DNA from: Bacteroidia bacterium
Lineage (GTDB): Bacteria > Bacteroidota > Bacteroidia > AKYH767-A > OLB10
Assembly (NCBI GenBank): GCA_017995075.1
Contig: JAGOJO010000002.1
Coordinates: 30,319 to 89,543 of the forward strand
Length of the DNA stretch: 59,225 nucleotides
Direction of reading: 5' to 3'
A model generated the notes under the pieces. It ran no database searches and was not told the DNA's origin. It saw only the letters and a list, made by a program, of their open reading frames with translations. Positions within the stretch are counted from its first letter, which is position 1. Every line of letters starts with the position of its first letter. The position numbers were made by a program, and so were the translations under genes. Shown here one piece after another: positions 44,441-53,487 of the stretch.

Positions 44441-44524
44441 ATCCGTAAAAGCCGTATACAGCCGTATAAAACCGTATAAAGCCGTATCAAACCGTATAAA
44501 GCCGCATAAAGCCGCATACAGCCC
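44441..44524 (-). repeat. Degenerate decamer array (GCCGTATAAA; reverse complement TTTATACGGC), about 8 units, inverted relative to 43997-44186
   Basis: ATCCGTAAAA GCCGTATACA GCCGTATAAA ACCGTATAAA GCCGTATCAA ACCGTATAAA GCCGCATAAA GCCGCATACA. The core ATACGGC is on the opposite strand to the left array. Confidence 0.9.
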
Positions 44525-44529
44525 AAATC

Positions 44530-44949
44530 CTACCTCACTCCCAAATACGCTGCAATCAAGATTAGAATAACACCCGCTGCACTATATGCCATTTTCTGAT
44601 TCCTAAGCTTTGAAACATAATTAGTAAGTGCTACCTGTATGAATGTGATTTCATTTAATGTTTTGTCTGCTTCTTCGTCACTTAGATAGCCTAGTTTTTT
44701 AGCAAGTAGGATTTGTGTTTCAAGCTCAAATGACGAGCCAATGGCGATGTCCATGAAGTGTGCCTGATCTGGAATCGTGCGTCTTCCACAGCCTTCAGAA
44801 ATATTGGAAGGAATAGAAACAGATGATTTCCGGATTTGATTGGTGAGTGCAAACCTCTCTTCTTTCGGAAAGGGCTTGGTTTGGTTGTAGATGTCAATGG
44901 TTAAGTCCATTGCTTTGCTCCAAATGTGGAGTTTCTTAAAGTTTCTCAT
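44530..44949 (-). CDS. Four-helix-bundle protein (23S rRNA intervening-sequence protein / S23p family) with hydrophobic C-terminal extension
   Basis: FKKLHIWSKAMDL...IYN.TK.FPKEERFALTNQIRKSSVSIPSNISEG...F...A.GS..ELETQ is the classic family signature. The last ~25 aa (AAGVILILIAAYLGV) are atypical. Confidence 0.8.
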   Translation of the reverse strand: MRNFKKLHIWSKAMDLTIDIYNQTKPFPKEERFALTNQIRKSSVSIPSNISEGCGRRTIPDQAHFMDIAIGSSFELETQILLAKKLGYLSDEEADKTLNEITFIQVALTNYVSKLRNQKMAYSAAGVILILIAAYLGVR

Positions 44950-44965
44950 TTGATTAAATTTTTTC

Positions 44966-44973
44966 CAAAGCTA
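44966..44973 (-). promoter_or_regulatory. Bacteroidetes -7 box TAGCTTTG
   Basis: Exact TAnnTTTG match on the minus strand, 16 nt upstream of ATG 44949. Confidence 0.45.
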
Positions 44974-45235
44974 TTTCACGGACCTCCTTTAGTCGTATAA
45001 TAAATATTTGTATTCGTTTGTAAATACTTATTAGTCGAAATCTCATGAATTTCAGGGGAAAAGATTTTGTGCCAGATACAGATTGACCTGATTTCAGGAG
45101 GAGAAAATTTACTGAACCCGGGAGGAAGATAATTTAGAGGGGACCCGTTGTCGCTCGATTGAATCATGGTATATTTCATTCCGCGATGTCTGCTTTTGAT
45201 AAAAAATAGTATTTTCATCCCCATAACCTGATATT

Positions 45236-46498
45236 ATGGAACGTTTCACCGGCCTGCTGGGCTTGATCTTGATTCTCGGACTGGCATATCTTGCCAGCAA
45301 TAACCGCAAGGCTATAAATATGCGGTTGGTGATTAGCGGATTATTGCTTCAGTTGTTTATAGCTGTCTTGGTTTTGAAAATACCGCCGGTTACTGCGTTC
45401 TTTCAGACAATCGGGCATGGTATGGAGAAAATCGAAATGTTTGCGCGTCAAGGTGCTTCTTTCGTTTATGGAGGCCTTGCTGCTATGCAATTTGATGGTA
45501 CTGTTGCAAATTATACGGCAGGTGGTTTTGTGTTTGCGTTTAATATAACGGCTACTATTATTCTGGTTTGCGTGCTTGTGGCTATCCTGTATCATTTCGG
45601 GATTATGCAGAAAATAATTTCAGTGATAGCGAAAGCGATGAATTTTATTATGCGGGTGAGTGGTGCTGAGGCACTGAGTAATGTTGCGAGTGCTTTCGTT
45701 GGACAAGTAGAAGCGCAGGTGATGATTCGTCCTTATCTCGCCGGTATGACCAATAGTGAGTTGCTGGCCAGTATGAGCGGAAGTCTTGCCTGTATTGCCG
45801 GCGGAATTCTAGTGGTGTATGTAAACATGGGTGCCGCTGCCGGTTTTGATCTCGCACCTAAACTGATTGCGGCTTCATTAATGGCTGCTCCCGGTGCATT
45901 GGTGATTTCAAAAATTGTATTTCCCGAGACAGAAGAAAGTCAAACTATGGGCAATGTGAAATTGGAAGTGAAAAGTCCTTACATTAATGTTGTGGATGCA
46001 ATTTCTCATGGTGCCGGTGATGGTTTTAAAATTGCGATGAATGTAATTGCGATGCTGATTGGATTTATCGCGTTGATCGCAATGATTGATTGGACGCTTG
46101 TGAAAGTTGCGCACATCTTTAATCCTGATTTTGATCTTACGTTGAACTGGATATTCGGTAAGGTGTTCTATCCAATGGCGTGGGCAATGGGCGTGCCGGG
46201 CGAAGACGTGAATAGTGTGGCGACGTTACTCGGACAAAAACTTTCGATCAACGAATTTGTAGCGTTTCAACATCTGGCTGATAAGTCTGTGCCTGTTGTC
46301 ACGGAGAAAGGACTGTTAATCGTATCAATTGCTATTTGCGGGTTTGCAAATTTCAGCAGTGTTGGTATGCAAATCGGTGGTATTGGTGAGTTGGCTCCTG
46401 GTCGTCGTGCGGATCTTGCACGACTGGGTCTGAAGGCCCTCTTTTGTGGTACACTTGCTTCCTATCTCTCTGCTACAATTGCCGGTATTATTATTTAA
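45236..46498 (+). CDS. NupC/NupG-family concentrative nucleoside transporter
   Basis: 420 aa, polytopic, with the patterns GLLGL..ILGLAYL.S.NRK.I, GA.FVYG and NEFVAF. Confidence 0.88.
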   Translation: MERFTGLLGLILILGLAYLASNNRKAINMRLVISGLLLQLFIAVLVLKIPPVTAFFQTIGHGMEKIEMFARQGASFVYGGLAAMQFDGTVANYTAGGFVFAFNITATIILVCVLVAILYHFGIMQKIISVIAKAMNFIMRVSGAEALSNVASAFVGQVEAQVMIRPYLAGMTNSELLASMSGSLACIAGGILVVYVNMGAAAGFDLAPKLIAASLMAAPGALVISKIVFPETEESQTMGNVKLEVKSPYINVVDAISHGAGDGFKIAMNVIAMLIGFIALIAMIDWTLVKVAHIFNPDFDLTLNWIFGKVFYPMAWAMGVPGEDVNSVATLLGQKLSINEFVAFQHLADKSVPVVTEKGLLIVSIAICGFANFSSVGMQIGGIGELAPGRRADLARLGLKALFCGTLASYLSATIAGIII

Positions 46499-46501
46499 TA
46501 G

Positions 46502-48604
46502 TTAGCGGAGCACACTGAATTTTTCGCAGTAGATCAGCGTTTCCTGTTGGTACAGTTCAATGAGGTAGCAACCGTTTTGCAAGGATGAAACGTCAATACT
46601 ATTGGTGGGTGTCAATGAGCGTTGTTGAATTGTTCTGCCTTCACAGGAGCGGATTTTATAGTGTTCATTGCCTTTGAAGGAGCCGGTAATCGAAATCTGA
46701 CTGCTTGAGGGGTTTGGGTAAAGCTGAAACGTAGAAGCACTGTTTTCATTGAGCCCCACATTGGTAATGAATACCTGAGGAGATAGTGCACTGTTACATC
46801 CATCGTTGTTTATTGCGAGCTGGTAAATTCCGTTTGCCGTGGCGAGTAAGTTTATTGATGTATCGTTCGGTAAGGCGTTGCCGTTATAATACCATGTGTA
46901 GTTGTTTGCGGTTATGCTGGAGGTTAGTAAGAGTCCGCTTACAATTATTGTCGGTGTTAAGGGTATCTGGTTGATTTGATAGTGAAGTGTATCGGATGGA
47001 GCACTTGTATTGCAGGCAGATGCTGCATAACAAATAATGGACACCGGTCCGCTGTAGCTATCGTTGATGTTTATAGTCGCCAGATTGGTGGTGCCTGTTA
47101 CTGTTCCTGCTTGTTGCGGGATAATCTGCCATCCATAGGATAAAGCACCAACTACCGGATCAACAGAGATACTGAAGAGCGGATAGTCTGCACAAATGGT
47201 GTCGGGTGCTGTTCCGCTTAGATTTTGTGGTGAACTTAAGAGGGTGGAGGAGTCGGTTCGCATGGCAATGAATGCATCGGCATATCCTCCAGTGATCGTA
47301 TCGGTATTCGACTTTAAACTATCCGTGAATGAACCGGTGATATAAAGTTTACCGCAGCTGCCATCGCTTAGCATTCCTGATTCGTAGGTGGAGTTATGTT
47401 GTGTTTGTAATGTTTCAGTGTTGAGAATTGTCCCGCTTCCGTTTACCAATGATATTTTTAATCCGTAGGCATACACCATGTTGAGGACGAAATACTGATT
47501 GGGTCCCTGTTGATCTATGTCGTAGATGACATCATCATAATAGGAAGTCGCACCGGCAGTGGTGGTGAATATCTGCGACCATTGTGGAAGCAGTGTAGTA
47601 TCGGTGCAGAATAGAAATCCTTCGTTACCACCATTGGTATTGTAGCTTACACCATTCAGGACGGTACTGAAATAATAACTGCCGCCAATCAATACTTTGT
47701 TTCCGTCGAGTAAGATGGTTCTTGGAATATCATAGTTCGTTCCGCCTTCCCTGAGAGCATACTGTAATGTTCCTGTACTATCGTAGCGAACGATGAACAT
47801 GTCGTAGAATCCAAATCCTCCCACCGCTGTTAGCTGAATACTGCCGATAAAAATACTTGCATTGCCCAGACCACTGAGATTGCCAAATGCACCGGTACAG
47901 TAGATGTTACCATTCGCGTCGGTTGTAACAGCACTCAGGAAATCTTCCCCAACACCATAGCCGAATCTTCCCCATGACGAAGTGCCGCTGAGATCTAATT
48001 TCAACAGATAGGTGTCGTATCCACCGGAGCTGGAGGCTAAAATTCCATTACCACCATCAAAAATTCCCTGGAACGCACCGGCAACAAAGACCGCATCCTG
48101 TGTAATGTGCAGATCGCTAAGTTGTACTTCGCTGGTGTTGGATGAACCATAAGAACGCGCCCATAGAAAATTACCCAGAGTGTCCATAGCTGAAACAAAA
48201 CATTCGCTTGTGCCCGGACTATTATTCTGTAGCGTCGATATCTGAAGATTTAAAGAGGCTGATTTGTAAGTACCACCAAGATACAATACTCCATCACGGT
48301 ACTCGAGCTCTGTAATTGATTCCACATCGCTTCCGCCTACAACTTTTATCCACCTGGGTCCGCCTGTCTCATCTATCGAAAGTATAAATCCATCATAACT
48401 TCCCTGGCTGATGTATTGCTGATTATTAAACGATAATGTGTCTGAAAAAAATCCCGTGATATAGAGATTCCCCGCCTCGTCACGGGCTATGGCATTGGAA
48501 CTGGTTACTCCACTGTCGATGAATTTTTGTAGTTCCCATTGTTGGCTCCGGCTTTCATAAAGGAACCCAAGGCTCAATAACAGTGTCAGAAAGGTGATTT
48601 TCAT
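46502..48604 (-). CDS. Secreted beta-propeller (SBBP-repeat-like) protein with T9SS C-terminal sorting domain
   Basis: Signal peptide, repeated D..GN.Y..G.F......G motifs and a C-terminal FQLYPNPSSSQISI...NGCYLIEL Por tail. Confidence 0.75.
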   Translation of the reverse strand: MKITFLTLLLSLGFLYESRSQQWELQKFIDSGVTSSNAIARDEAGNLYITGFFSDTLSFNNQQYISQGSYDGFILSIDETGGPRWIKVVGGSDVESITELEYRDGVLYLGGTYKSASLNLQISTLQNNSPGTSECFVSAMDTLGNFLWARSYGSSNTSEVQLSDLHITQDAVFVAGAFQGIFDGGNGILASSSGGYDTYLLKLDLSGTSSWGRFGYGVGEDFLSAVTTDANGNIYCTGAFGNLSGLGNASIFIGSIQLTAVGGFGFYDMFIVRYDSTGTLQYALREGGTNYDIPRTILLDGNKVLIGGSYYFSTVLNGVSYNTNGGNEGFLFCTDTTLLPQWSQIFTTTAGATSYYDDVIYDIDQQGPNQYFVLNMVYAYGLKISLVNGSGTILNTETLQTQHNSTYESGMLSDGSCGKLYITGSFTDSLKSNTDTITGGYADAFIAMRTDSSTLLSSPQNLSGTAPDTICADYPLFSISVDPVVGALSYGWQIIPQQAGTVTGTTNLATININDSYSGPVSIICYAASACNTSAPSDTLHYQINQIPLTPTIIVSGLLLTSSITANNYTWYYNGNALPNDTSINLLATANGIYQLAINNDGCNSALSPQVFITNVGLNENSASTFQLYPNPSSSQISITGSFKGNEHYKIRSCEGRTIQQRSLTPTNSIDVSSLQNGCYLIELYQQETLIYCEKFSVLR

Positions 48605-48644
48605 ACAGGAATTGATGGTGATTTTCTGCTAATTTAAATACCAA

Positions 48645-48692
48645 ATCCGGAATTTGATGCTTTTTTGGACTAAAAACAGCTGAATTCCGGAT
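48645..48692. promoter_or_regulatory. 10-bp perfect inverted repeat ATCCGGAATT-N28-AATTCCGGAT in a divergent promoter region
   Basis: Seen directly in the sequence. Function unknown. Confidence 0.3.
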
Positions 48693-48798
48693 GAATCTTC
48701 ACGCATTTAGACAAATCCCCTGTTTTAATCGACCAACACGAACCGGTCGGAGGGCTTTAATTCCTTACTTTGCGTTTCCTTAAAATAAATAGATTACT

Positions 48799-50976
48799 AT
48801 GAAGAAAAAATTGCTTGGACTGCTGATCATTCTCGGACTGGGATTTGGTAAGCAGGTTCGCGCCGATGAAGGCATGTGGCCTTTGTTTCTGATTCAGCAG
48901 CTGCAGGATTCTATGCAGGCGCGTGGTTTACAATTAACGGCTGAAGATATTTACAGTATCAACAAAGCCTGTATCAAAGATGCAGTTGTACGATTGATGA
49001 GTAAACAAAACCGGATGTTTTGTACAGGAGAGATAATCTCCCAACAAGGTTTGTTCCTGACCAATCACCATTGCGGATACGGAGCGATTCAGGAATTAAG
49101 TACTCCTGAAGATAATATTCTCTCTAATGGTTTCTGGGCGAAAAATCAGGGTGAAGAACGTCCAGCCAATTTCAACATCGGCTTACTTTCTAAAGTTGAA
49201 GATGTAACGGCGATGATCCTGATAGATTCTATCAATAATATCACTGATGAGGCTGCTCGTACTAAAGCGATCAGTGCGGCGATGAAAGCTGCTACTGCTA
49301 AGCTGAAAGAAAGTATGGGTGATGAGAAAGATTTCTACGTGGTGGAGATCGTTCCTTTCTGGGCTGGAAATAAATACCTGGCGATGTACTATCAGGTGTT
49401 TCAGGATATTCGTCTGGTAGGTACGCCTCCTGAAAATATCGGTAAGTTCGGTGGAGAAACTGATAACTGGATGTGGCCACGCCATACCTGTGATATCAGC
49501 ATCTTCCGTATTTATGCTGATGCTTCCAATAAACCTGCGAAATTCAGTAAGGAGAATAAGCCATATGCACCGAAGTATTTCTTCCCGATCAATATTCAGG
49601 GTCCTCAGGAAAACAGCTACGCAATGATTCTCGGTTATCCTGGTCGTACACAGCGTTACACTTATAGCGAAGGAATTAAATTCTACTCTGAAACTGAGCG
49701 TCCGAAGCGTGTGAAAGTACGTCGTGATATCCTCGATATTTATGAAGAGTATATGCATGCTGATCCAAAGATTAAATTAATGTATGCTGATAAATTCGCC
49801 GGTTTGAGTAACTACTGGAAGAAGTTTATGGGTGAAGCTGATGCGTTGACTAAGTTGAGTATCTATGAGCGTCGTAAAGACGAAGAGAATAAATTCTCTG
49901 CATGGGTGAAAGCTAACAACAATGCTAAATATGGTGAGGTGATCGGATTGTATGATCAGGCTTATACGAATGTGAAAAAGTACGGTTTATATAGCGTGTA
50001 TCTGCAGGATGGTGTAAGCAACTCACAGCCGATGACTTTTGCAATGAGCATGGGTCCACTGGAAGCATTGCTGAAGGATAAAACCAAAGCAGCAGATGCT
50101 AAAGCAAAAGGTCAGGAAATGGCGAAGGATCTCGATACAGATTTCAAAGAGTTCTATGAGCCAATCGAGAAGAAAGTACTTGCTTCGGTGTTGAAGCACC
50201 TGGTGGAAGATCTCGATCATACGTATCTTCCTGCTGATCTGTTGACCATGTCTGCGAAATTCAAAGGTGATTACACCGCCTTCGCTGAAGACCTGTGGAA
50301 AAAATCAGTATTCGTGAATAAAGAGAAACTGGCTAAGTTCCTGAATGCTCCTTCACTGAAGACACTTGAAAAAGATCCTATCTACAAAATCACGAACGGT
50401 TATATGACGATTCTTACAGAGAAACTTCAGCCGGAAGTGATGAAAATTAATACACAGTTGAGTAAGGCAAATCGTTTGTTCCAGGCTGGTGTGATGGAGA
50501 TGAGTCCTAAGCGTTTATTCACTCCTGATGCGAATGGTACAATGCGTATGACTTATGGTCGCGTGTTGCCCTACAAAGGAAAGGATGCTGTGTTCTTCAA
50601 AGAATTCACTACTTCTCGTGGTGTTCTGGAGAAATTTACTCCTGGTGATATTGAGTTTGATGCTCCGGCTCGTTTGATTGATATGATGAAACGTAAAGAT
50701 TTCGGTCAGTATGCAGATAAGGATGGTGAATTACATACTTGCTTCCTTACTGATAACGATATCACAGGTGGTAACTCAGGAAGTCCTGTTATCAATGGAA
50801 AAGGTGAATTGATTGGTACCGCATTCGATGGTAACTGGGAGGCAATTGCCAGTGACTTTGCTTTCGAACCACAGTTCCAGCGTACCATTTGCGTTGACGT
50901 TCGTTATACCTTGTTTATCCTTGATAAATTTGGTGGTGCCGGACACCTGTTGAATGAAATGAAAATCGTTCGCTAG
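48799..50976 (+). CDS. S46-family dipeptidyl peptidase (DPP7/DPP11-like)
   Basis: Signal peptide followed by ADEGMWP, a catalytic His context (LTNHHCG) and a catalytic Ser context (TGGNSGSPVIN). Confidence 0.9.
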   Translation: MKKKLLGLLIILGLGFGKQVRADEGMWPLFLIQQLQDSMQARGLQLTAEDIYSINKACIKDAVVRLMSKQNRMFCTGEIISQQGLFLTNHHCGYGAIQELSTPEDNILSNGFWAKNQGEERPANFNIGLLSKVEDVTAMILIDSINNITDEAARTKAISAAMKAATAKLKESMGDEKDFYVVEIVPFWAGNKYLAMYYQVFQDIRLVGTPPENIGKFGGETDNWMWPRHTCDISIFRIYADASNKPAKFSKENKPYAPKYFFPINIQGPQENSYAMILGYPGRTQRYTYSEGIKFYSETERPKRVKVRRDILDIYEEYMHADPKIKLMYADKFAGLSNYWKKFMGEADALTKLSIYERRKDEENKFSAWVKANNNAKYGEVIGLYDQAYTNVKKYGLYSVYLQDGVSNSQPMTFAMSMGPLEALLKDKTKAADAKAKGQEMAKDLDTDFKEFYEPIEKKVLASVLKHLVEDLDHTYLPADLLTMSAKFKGDYTAFAEDLWKKSVFVNKEKLAKFLNAPSLKTLEKDPIYKITNGYMTILTEKLQPEVMKINTQLSKANRLFQAGVMEMSPKRLFTPDANGTMRMTYGRVLPYKGKDAVFFKEFTTSRGVLEKFTPGDIEFDAPARLIDMMKRKDFGQYADKDGELHTCFLTDNDITGGNSGSPVINGKGELIGTAFDGNWEAIASDFAFEPQFQRTICVDVRYTLFILDKFGGAGHLLNEMKIVR

Positions 50977-50993
50977 TAGATACACTATATTCG

Positions 50994-51029
50994 AAAAGCC
51001 ATCTCTCAGCCGGGAGATGGCTTTTTTTT
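50994..51029 (+). terminator. Rho-independent terminator
   Basis: AGCCATCTC-tcagccgg-GAGATGGCT followed by T8. Confidence 0.85.
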
Positions 51030-51129
51030 GGCTAATTTTTCGGTGAAAGTTTTACTATCAACAAAAATAGCTTCATTATCAGGACCTTAGAATCTGTCTC
51101 GTTAAAACAATTAACTGGCTGATCTGTTG

Positions 51130-51137
51130 TAAATTTG
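51130..51137 (+). promoter_or_regulatory. Bacteroidetes -7 box TAAATTTG, 9 nt upstream of ATG 51147
   Basis: Exact TAnnTTTG match. It lies inside the TTG-started longer ORF. Confidence 0.5.
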
Positions 51138-51146
51138 ACCTATCCT

Positions 51147-52727
51147 ATGTCTCACCTAAACCTAAAGCCCGGCGCATCCAATCTGCGTTATGATTTGCCG
51201 GCAGCACTCGTTGTCTTCCTTGTAGCTCTGCCCTTATGTCTGGGTGTTGCCGTTGCATCCGGCGTTCCCGCTTTCTCCGGTATTATTGCCGGTGCAGTCG
51301 GAGGTATAGTCATCGGCTTATTGAGCGGTTCTCCATTAAGCGTAAGTGGCCCTGCGGCAGGGTTAACAGTAATCGTATTATCGGCAGTTAATTCTTTGCC
51401 TTCGTTTGAAGCGTTTTTACTTGCTGTATTTATTTCTGGTGTCATTCAGCTGTTGTTGGGTATTATAAGAGCTGGAGTAATTGGTGATTTTATTCCTTCT
51501 GCAGTGATTCGTGGTATGTTGGCTGCCATAGGACTCATTCTGATTCTTAAGCAGATTCCGCACGCTGTTGGTTATGATAAGGATTACGAAGGCGACTTCA
51601 GTTTTTCTCAATCAGATGGCAGAAATACAATTTCAGAGATCACCAATCTGTTTAATGAAGCACTTTCAACAGGCGCAATTCTGATTGCTGTGGTTTCGTT
51701 GGCGATCCTGAACCTCTGGGAAAACAAGAAAATAAAAAATCATCCGGTGTTACAATATGTTCCAGGCCCACTGCTGGTAGTGGTGTTCGGAATTGTGGCA
51801 AATGTGATTTTCAATGCTTCGTTTCCTGATTTGGCCATCGCAGCCGAGCATCTGGTAAATATTCCTGTGGCTGGTAGTACGGAGGCGTTTTTATTACAAT
51901 TTACGATGCCCGATTTTAATCATATCGCTAATCCTGAAGTATGGATTACTGCGTTTACTCTGGCGATTGTTGCGAGTGTGGAAACATTGCTGAGTATTGA
52001 AGCAGTTGATAAAATTGATCCATTTAAACGCATTTCACCTACCAATCGTGAGTTGCTTGCACAGGGTGCCGGAAATATGGTGAGTGGACTTATCGGAGGC
52101 ATGCCGGTAACTTCAGTTATTGTTCGTAGCTCCGCTAACGTTAGTTCAGGTGGGCGTACCAGAGTCTCTACAATTATTCATGGATTATTGTTGCTTTTAT
52201 CTGTGGCTTTGATGCCGCGTTTACTGAATATGATTCCGTTGAGCGCTTTGGCCGCTGTTTTAATCGCTGTTGGATATAAATTGACGAAGCCTGAAATATT
52301 TATGCGTAAATGGAAGAAAGGTTACGCTCATTTCTTCCCGTTCGTTATTACTATCATTGCCATCCTGCTTACCGATTTATTGGTAGGGGTGGTGATTGGT
52401 TTGGTGGCAGGCTCTGCTTTTATCCTGTTTAGTAACTTTAAATCTTCAATCACATATATCGTAGATGGTCGGAATCATTTGATTCGGTTTAAAAAGAATT
52501 TATCGTTTATACATAAACTGGAACTTCGTAAACTCCTTCGCGAAATCCCGGATGATGTTACAGTGTTATTCGATCTTTCGAAAATTGACTTCGTAGATTA
52601 TGATAATGCAGAGATTCTGAATGACTTTATTGATAATGCTGCCTTGAGAGGTGTTTATGTAATTATTAAACGAAATGAAACTCATGCCGCCGACATTATC
52701 AAAGAACCGCATGCCACAGCATCCTGA
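51147..52727 (+). CDS. SulP-family anion transporter with C-terminal STAS domain
   Basis: DLPAALVVFLVALPLCLGVAVASG N-terminal signature, about 11 TM helices and a STAS-like tail. Confidence 0.9.
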   Translation: MSHLNLKPGASNLRYDLPAALVVFLVALPLCLGVAVASGVPAFSGIIAGAVGGIVIGLLSGSPLSVSGPAAGLTVIVLSAVNSLPSFEAFLLAVFISGVIQLLLGIIRAGVIGDFIPSAVIRGMLAAIGLILILKQIPHAVGYDKDYEGDFSFSQSDGRNTISEITNLFNEALSTGAILIAVVSLAILNLWENKKIKNHPVLQYVPGPLLVVVFGIVANVIFNASFPDLAIAAEHLVNIPVAGSTEAFLLQFTMPDFNHIANPEVWITAFTLAIVASVETLLSIEAVDKIDPFKRISPTNRELLAQGAGNMVSGLIGGMPVTSVIVRSSANVSSGGRTRVSTIIHGLLLLLSVALMPRLLNMIPLSALAAVLIAVGYKLTKPEIFMRKWKKGYAHFFPFVITIIAILLTDLLVGVVIGLVAGSAFILFSNFKSSITYIVDGRNHLIRFKKNLSFIHKLELRKLLREIPDDVTVLFDLSKIDFVDYDNAEILNDFIDNAALRGVYVIIKRNETHAADIIKEPHATAS

Positions 52728-52772
52728 TTTGTAGGAGTGCATTAAATACCACAAATTTAAAACGTACTAAAA

Positions 52773-53414
52773 ATGAAAATTTACGAAAGATTATTGCTCG
52801 AAAATAAAGCCTGGGCAAAGGAAATGATGGAGGAAGATCCTCAGTTTTTTGAGCGGCTGGTGAATGTTCAATCGCCGGAGTTTTTATGGATCGGTTGTTC
52901 TGATAGTCGTGTCCCTCCAAATGAAATTACTCAAACTCGTCCGGGTGAAATATTCATTCACCGTAATATCGTAAACATGGTGGTGCATACGGATCTGAAT
53001 ATGTTAAGTGTGCTTCAATATGCTGTAGAGGTTTTGAAGGTGAAACATATTATTGTTTGTGGTCATTACGGTTGCGGTGGGGTGAAGGCTGCTATGTCCA
53101 GACAAAGCCTGGGTATTATCAATAAATGGCTGCGGAATATTAAGGACGTATATCGTTATCATCAGGAAGAGGTAGAAGCTTGTGTTTCAGAGGATGATAA
53201 GGTAAACAAACTGATCGAACTGAATGTGCGTGAACAGGTATATAACCTCGCAAAAACTTCTATTGTTCAGAAATCATGGAAAAAATTTAATGCGCCTCAT
53301 ATTCATGGTTGGGTATATGATCTGCATGACGGACTGCTTCGACCTCAGATTGACCTTAGCCCCGGAGATCATCTTGATCATCCGATTTTTGAATACGATA
53401 ATCTGGATGATTAA
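52773..53414 (+). CDS. can: Beta-class carbonic anhydrase
   Basis: WIGCSDSRVP and VCGHYGCGGV zinc-ligand motifs. Confidence 0.9.
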   Translation: MKIYERLLLENKAWAKEMMEEDPQFFERLVNVQSPEFLWIGCSDSRVPPNEITQTRPGEIFIHRNIVNMVVHTDLNMLSVLQYAVEVLKVKHIIVCGHYGCGGVKAAMSRQSLGIINKWLRNIKDVYRYHQEEVEACVSEDDKVNKLIELNVREQVYNLAKTSIVQKSWKKFNAPHIHGWVYDLHDGLLRPQIDLSPGDHLDHPIFEYDNLDD

Positions 53415-53426
53415 TCTATAATCTTG

Positions 53427-53475
53427 AAAAGAGAAAGCCCCGATACATTTGGTTTGTATCGGGGCTTTCTCTTTT
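53427..53475. terminator. Bidirectional terminator between convergent genes
   Basis: 21-bp perfect stem AAAAGAGAAAGCCCCGATACA / TGTATCGGGGCTTTCTCTTTT with a 7-nt loop and A/T tracts on both sides. Confidence 0.85.
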
Positions 53476-53487
53476 AATTTGATAGCT

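Noticed and set aside
43997-44524. Could the repeat arrays be a CRISPR array?
   Set aside because: The units are only 8-10 nt long and are contiguous with no unique spacers. The repeats are degenerate, and there are no cas genes in the window.
44950-45235. Riboswitch upstream of the nucleoside transporter gene
   Set aside because: The 286-nt region contains a duplicated ATTTCAGG word and small stems. I could not match any purine, 2'-dG, ZTP, PRPP or xanthine riboswitch core, so it is probably just divergent promoters.
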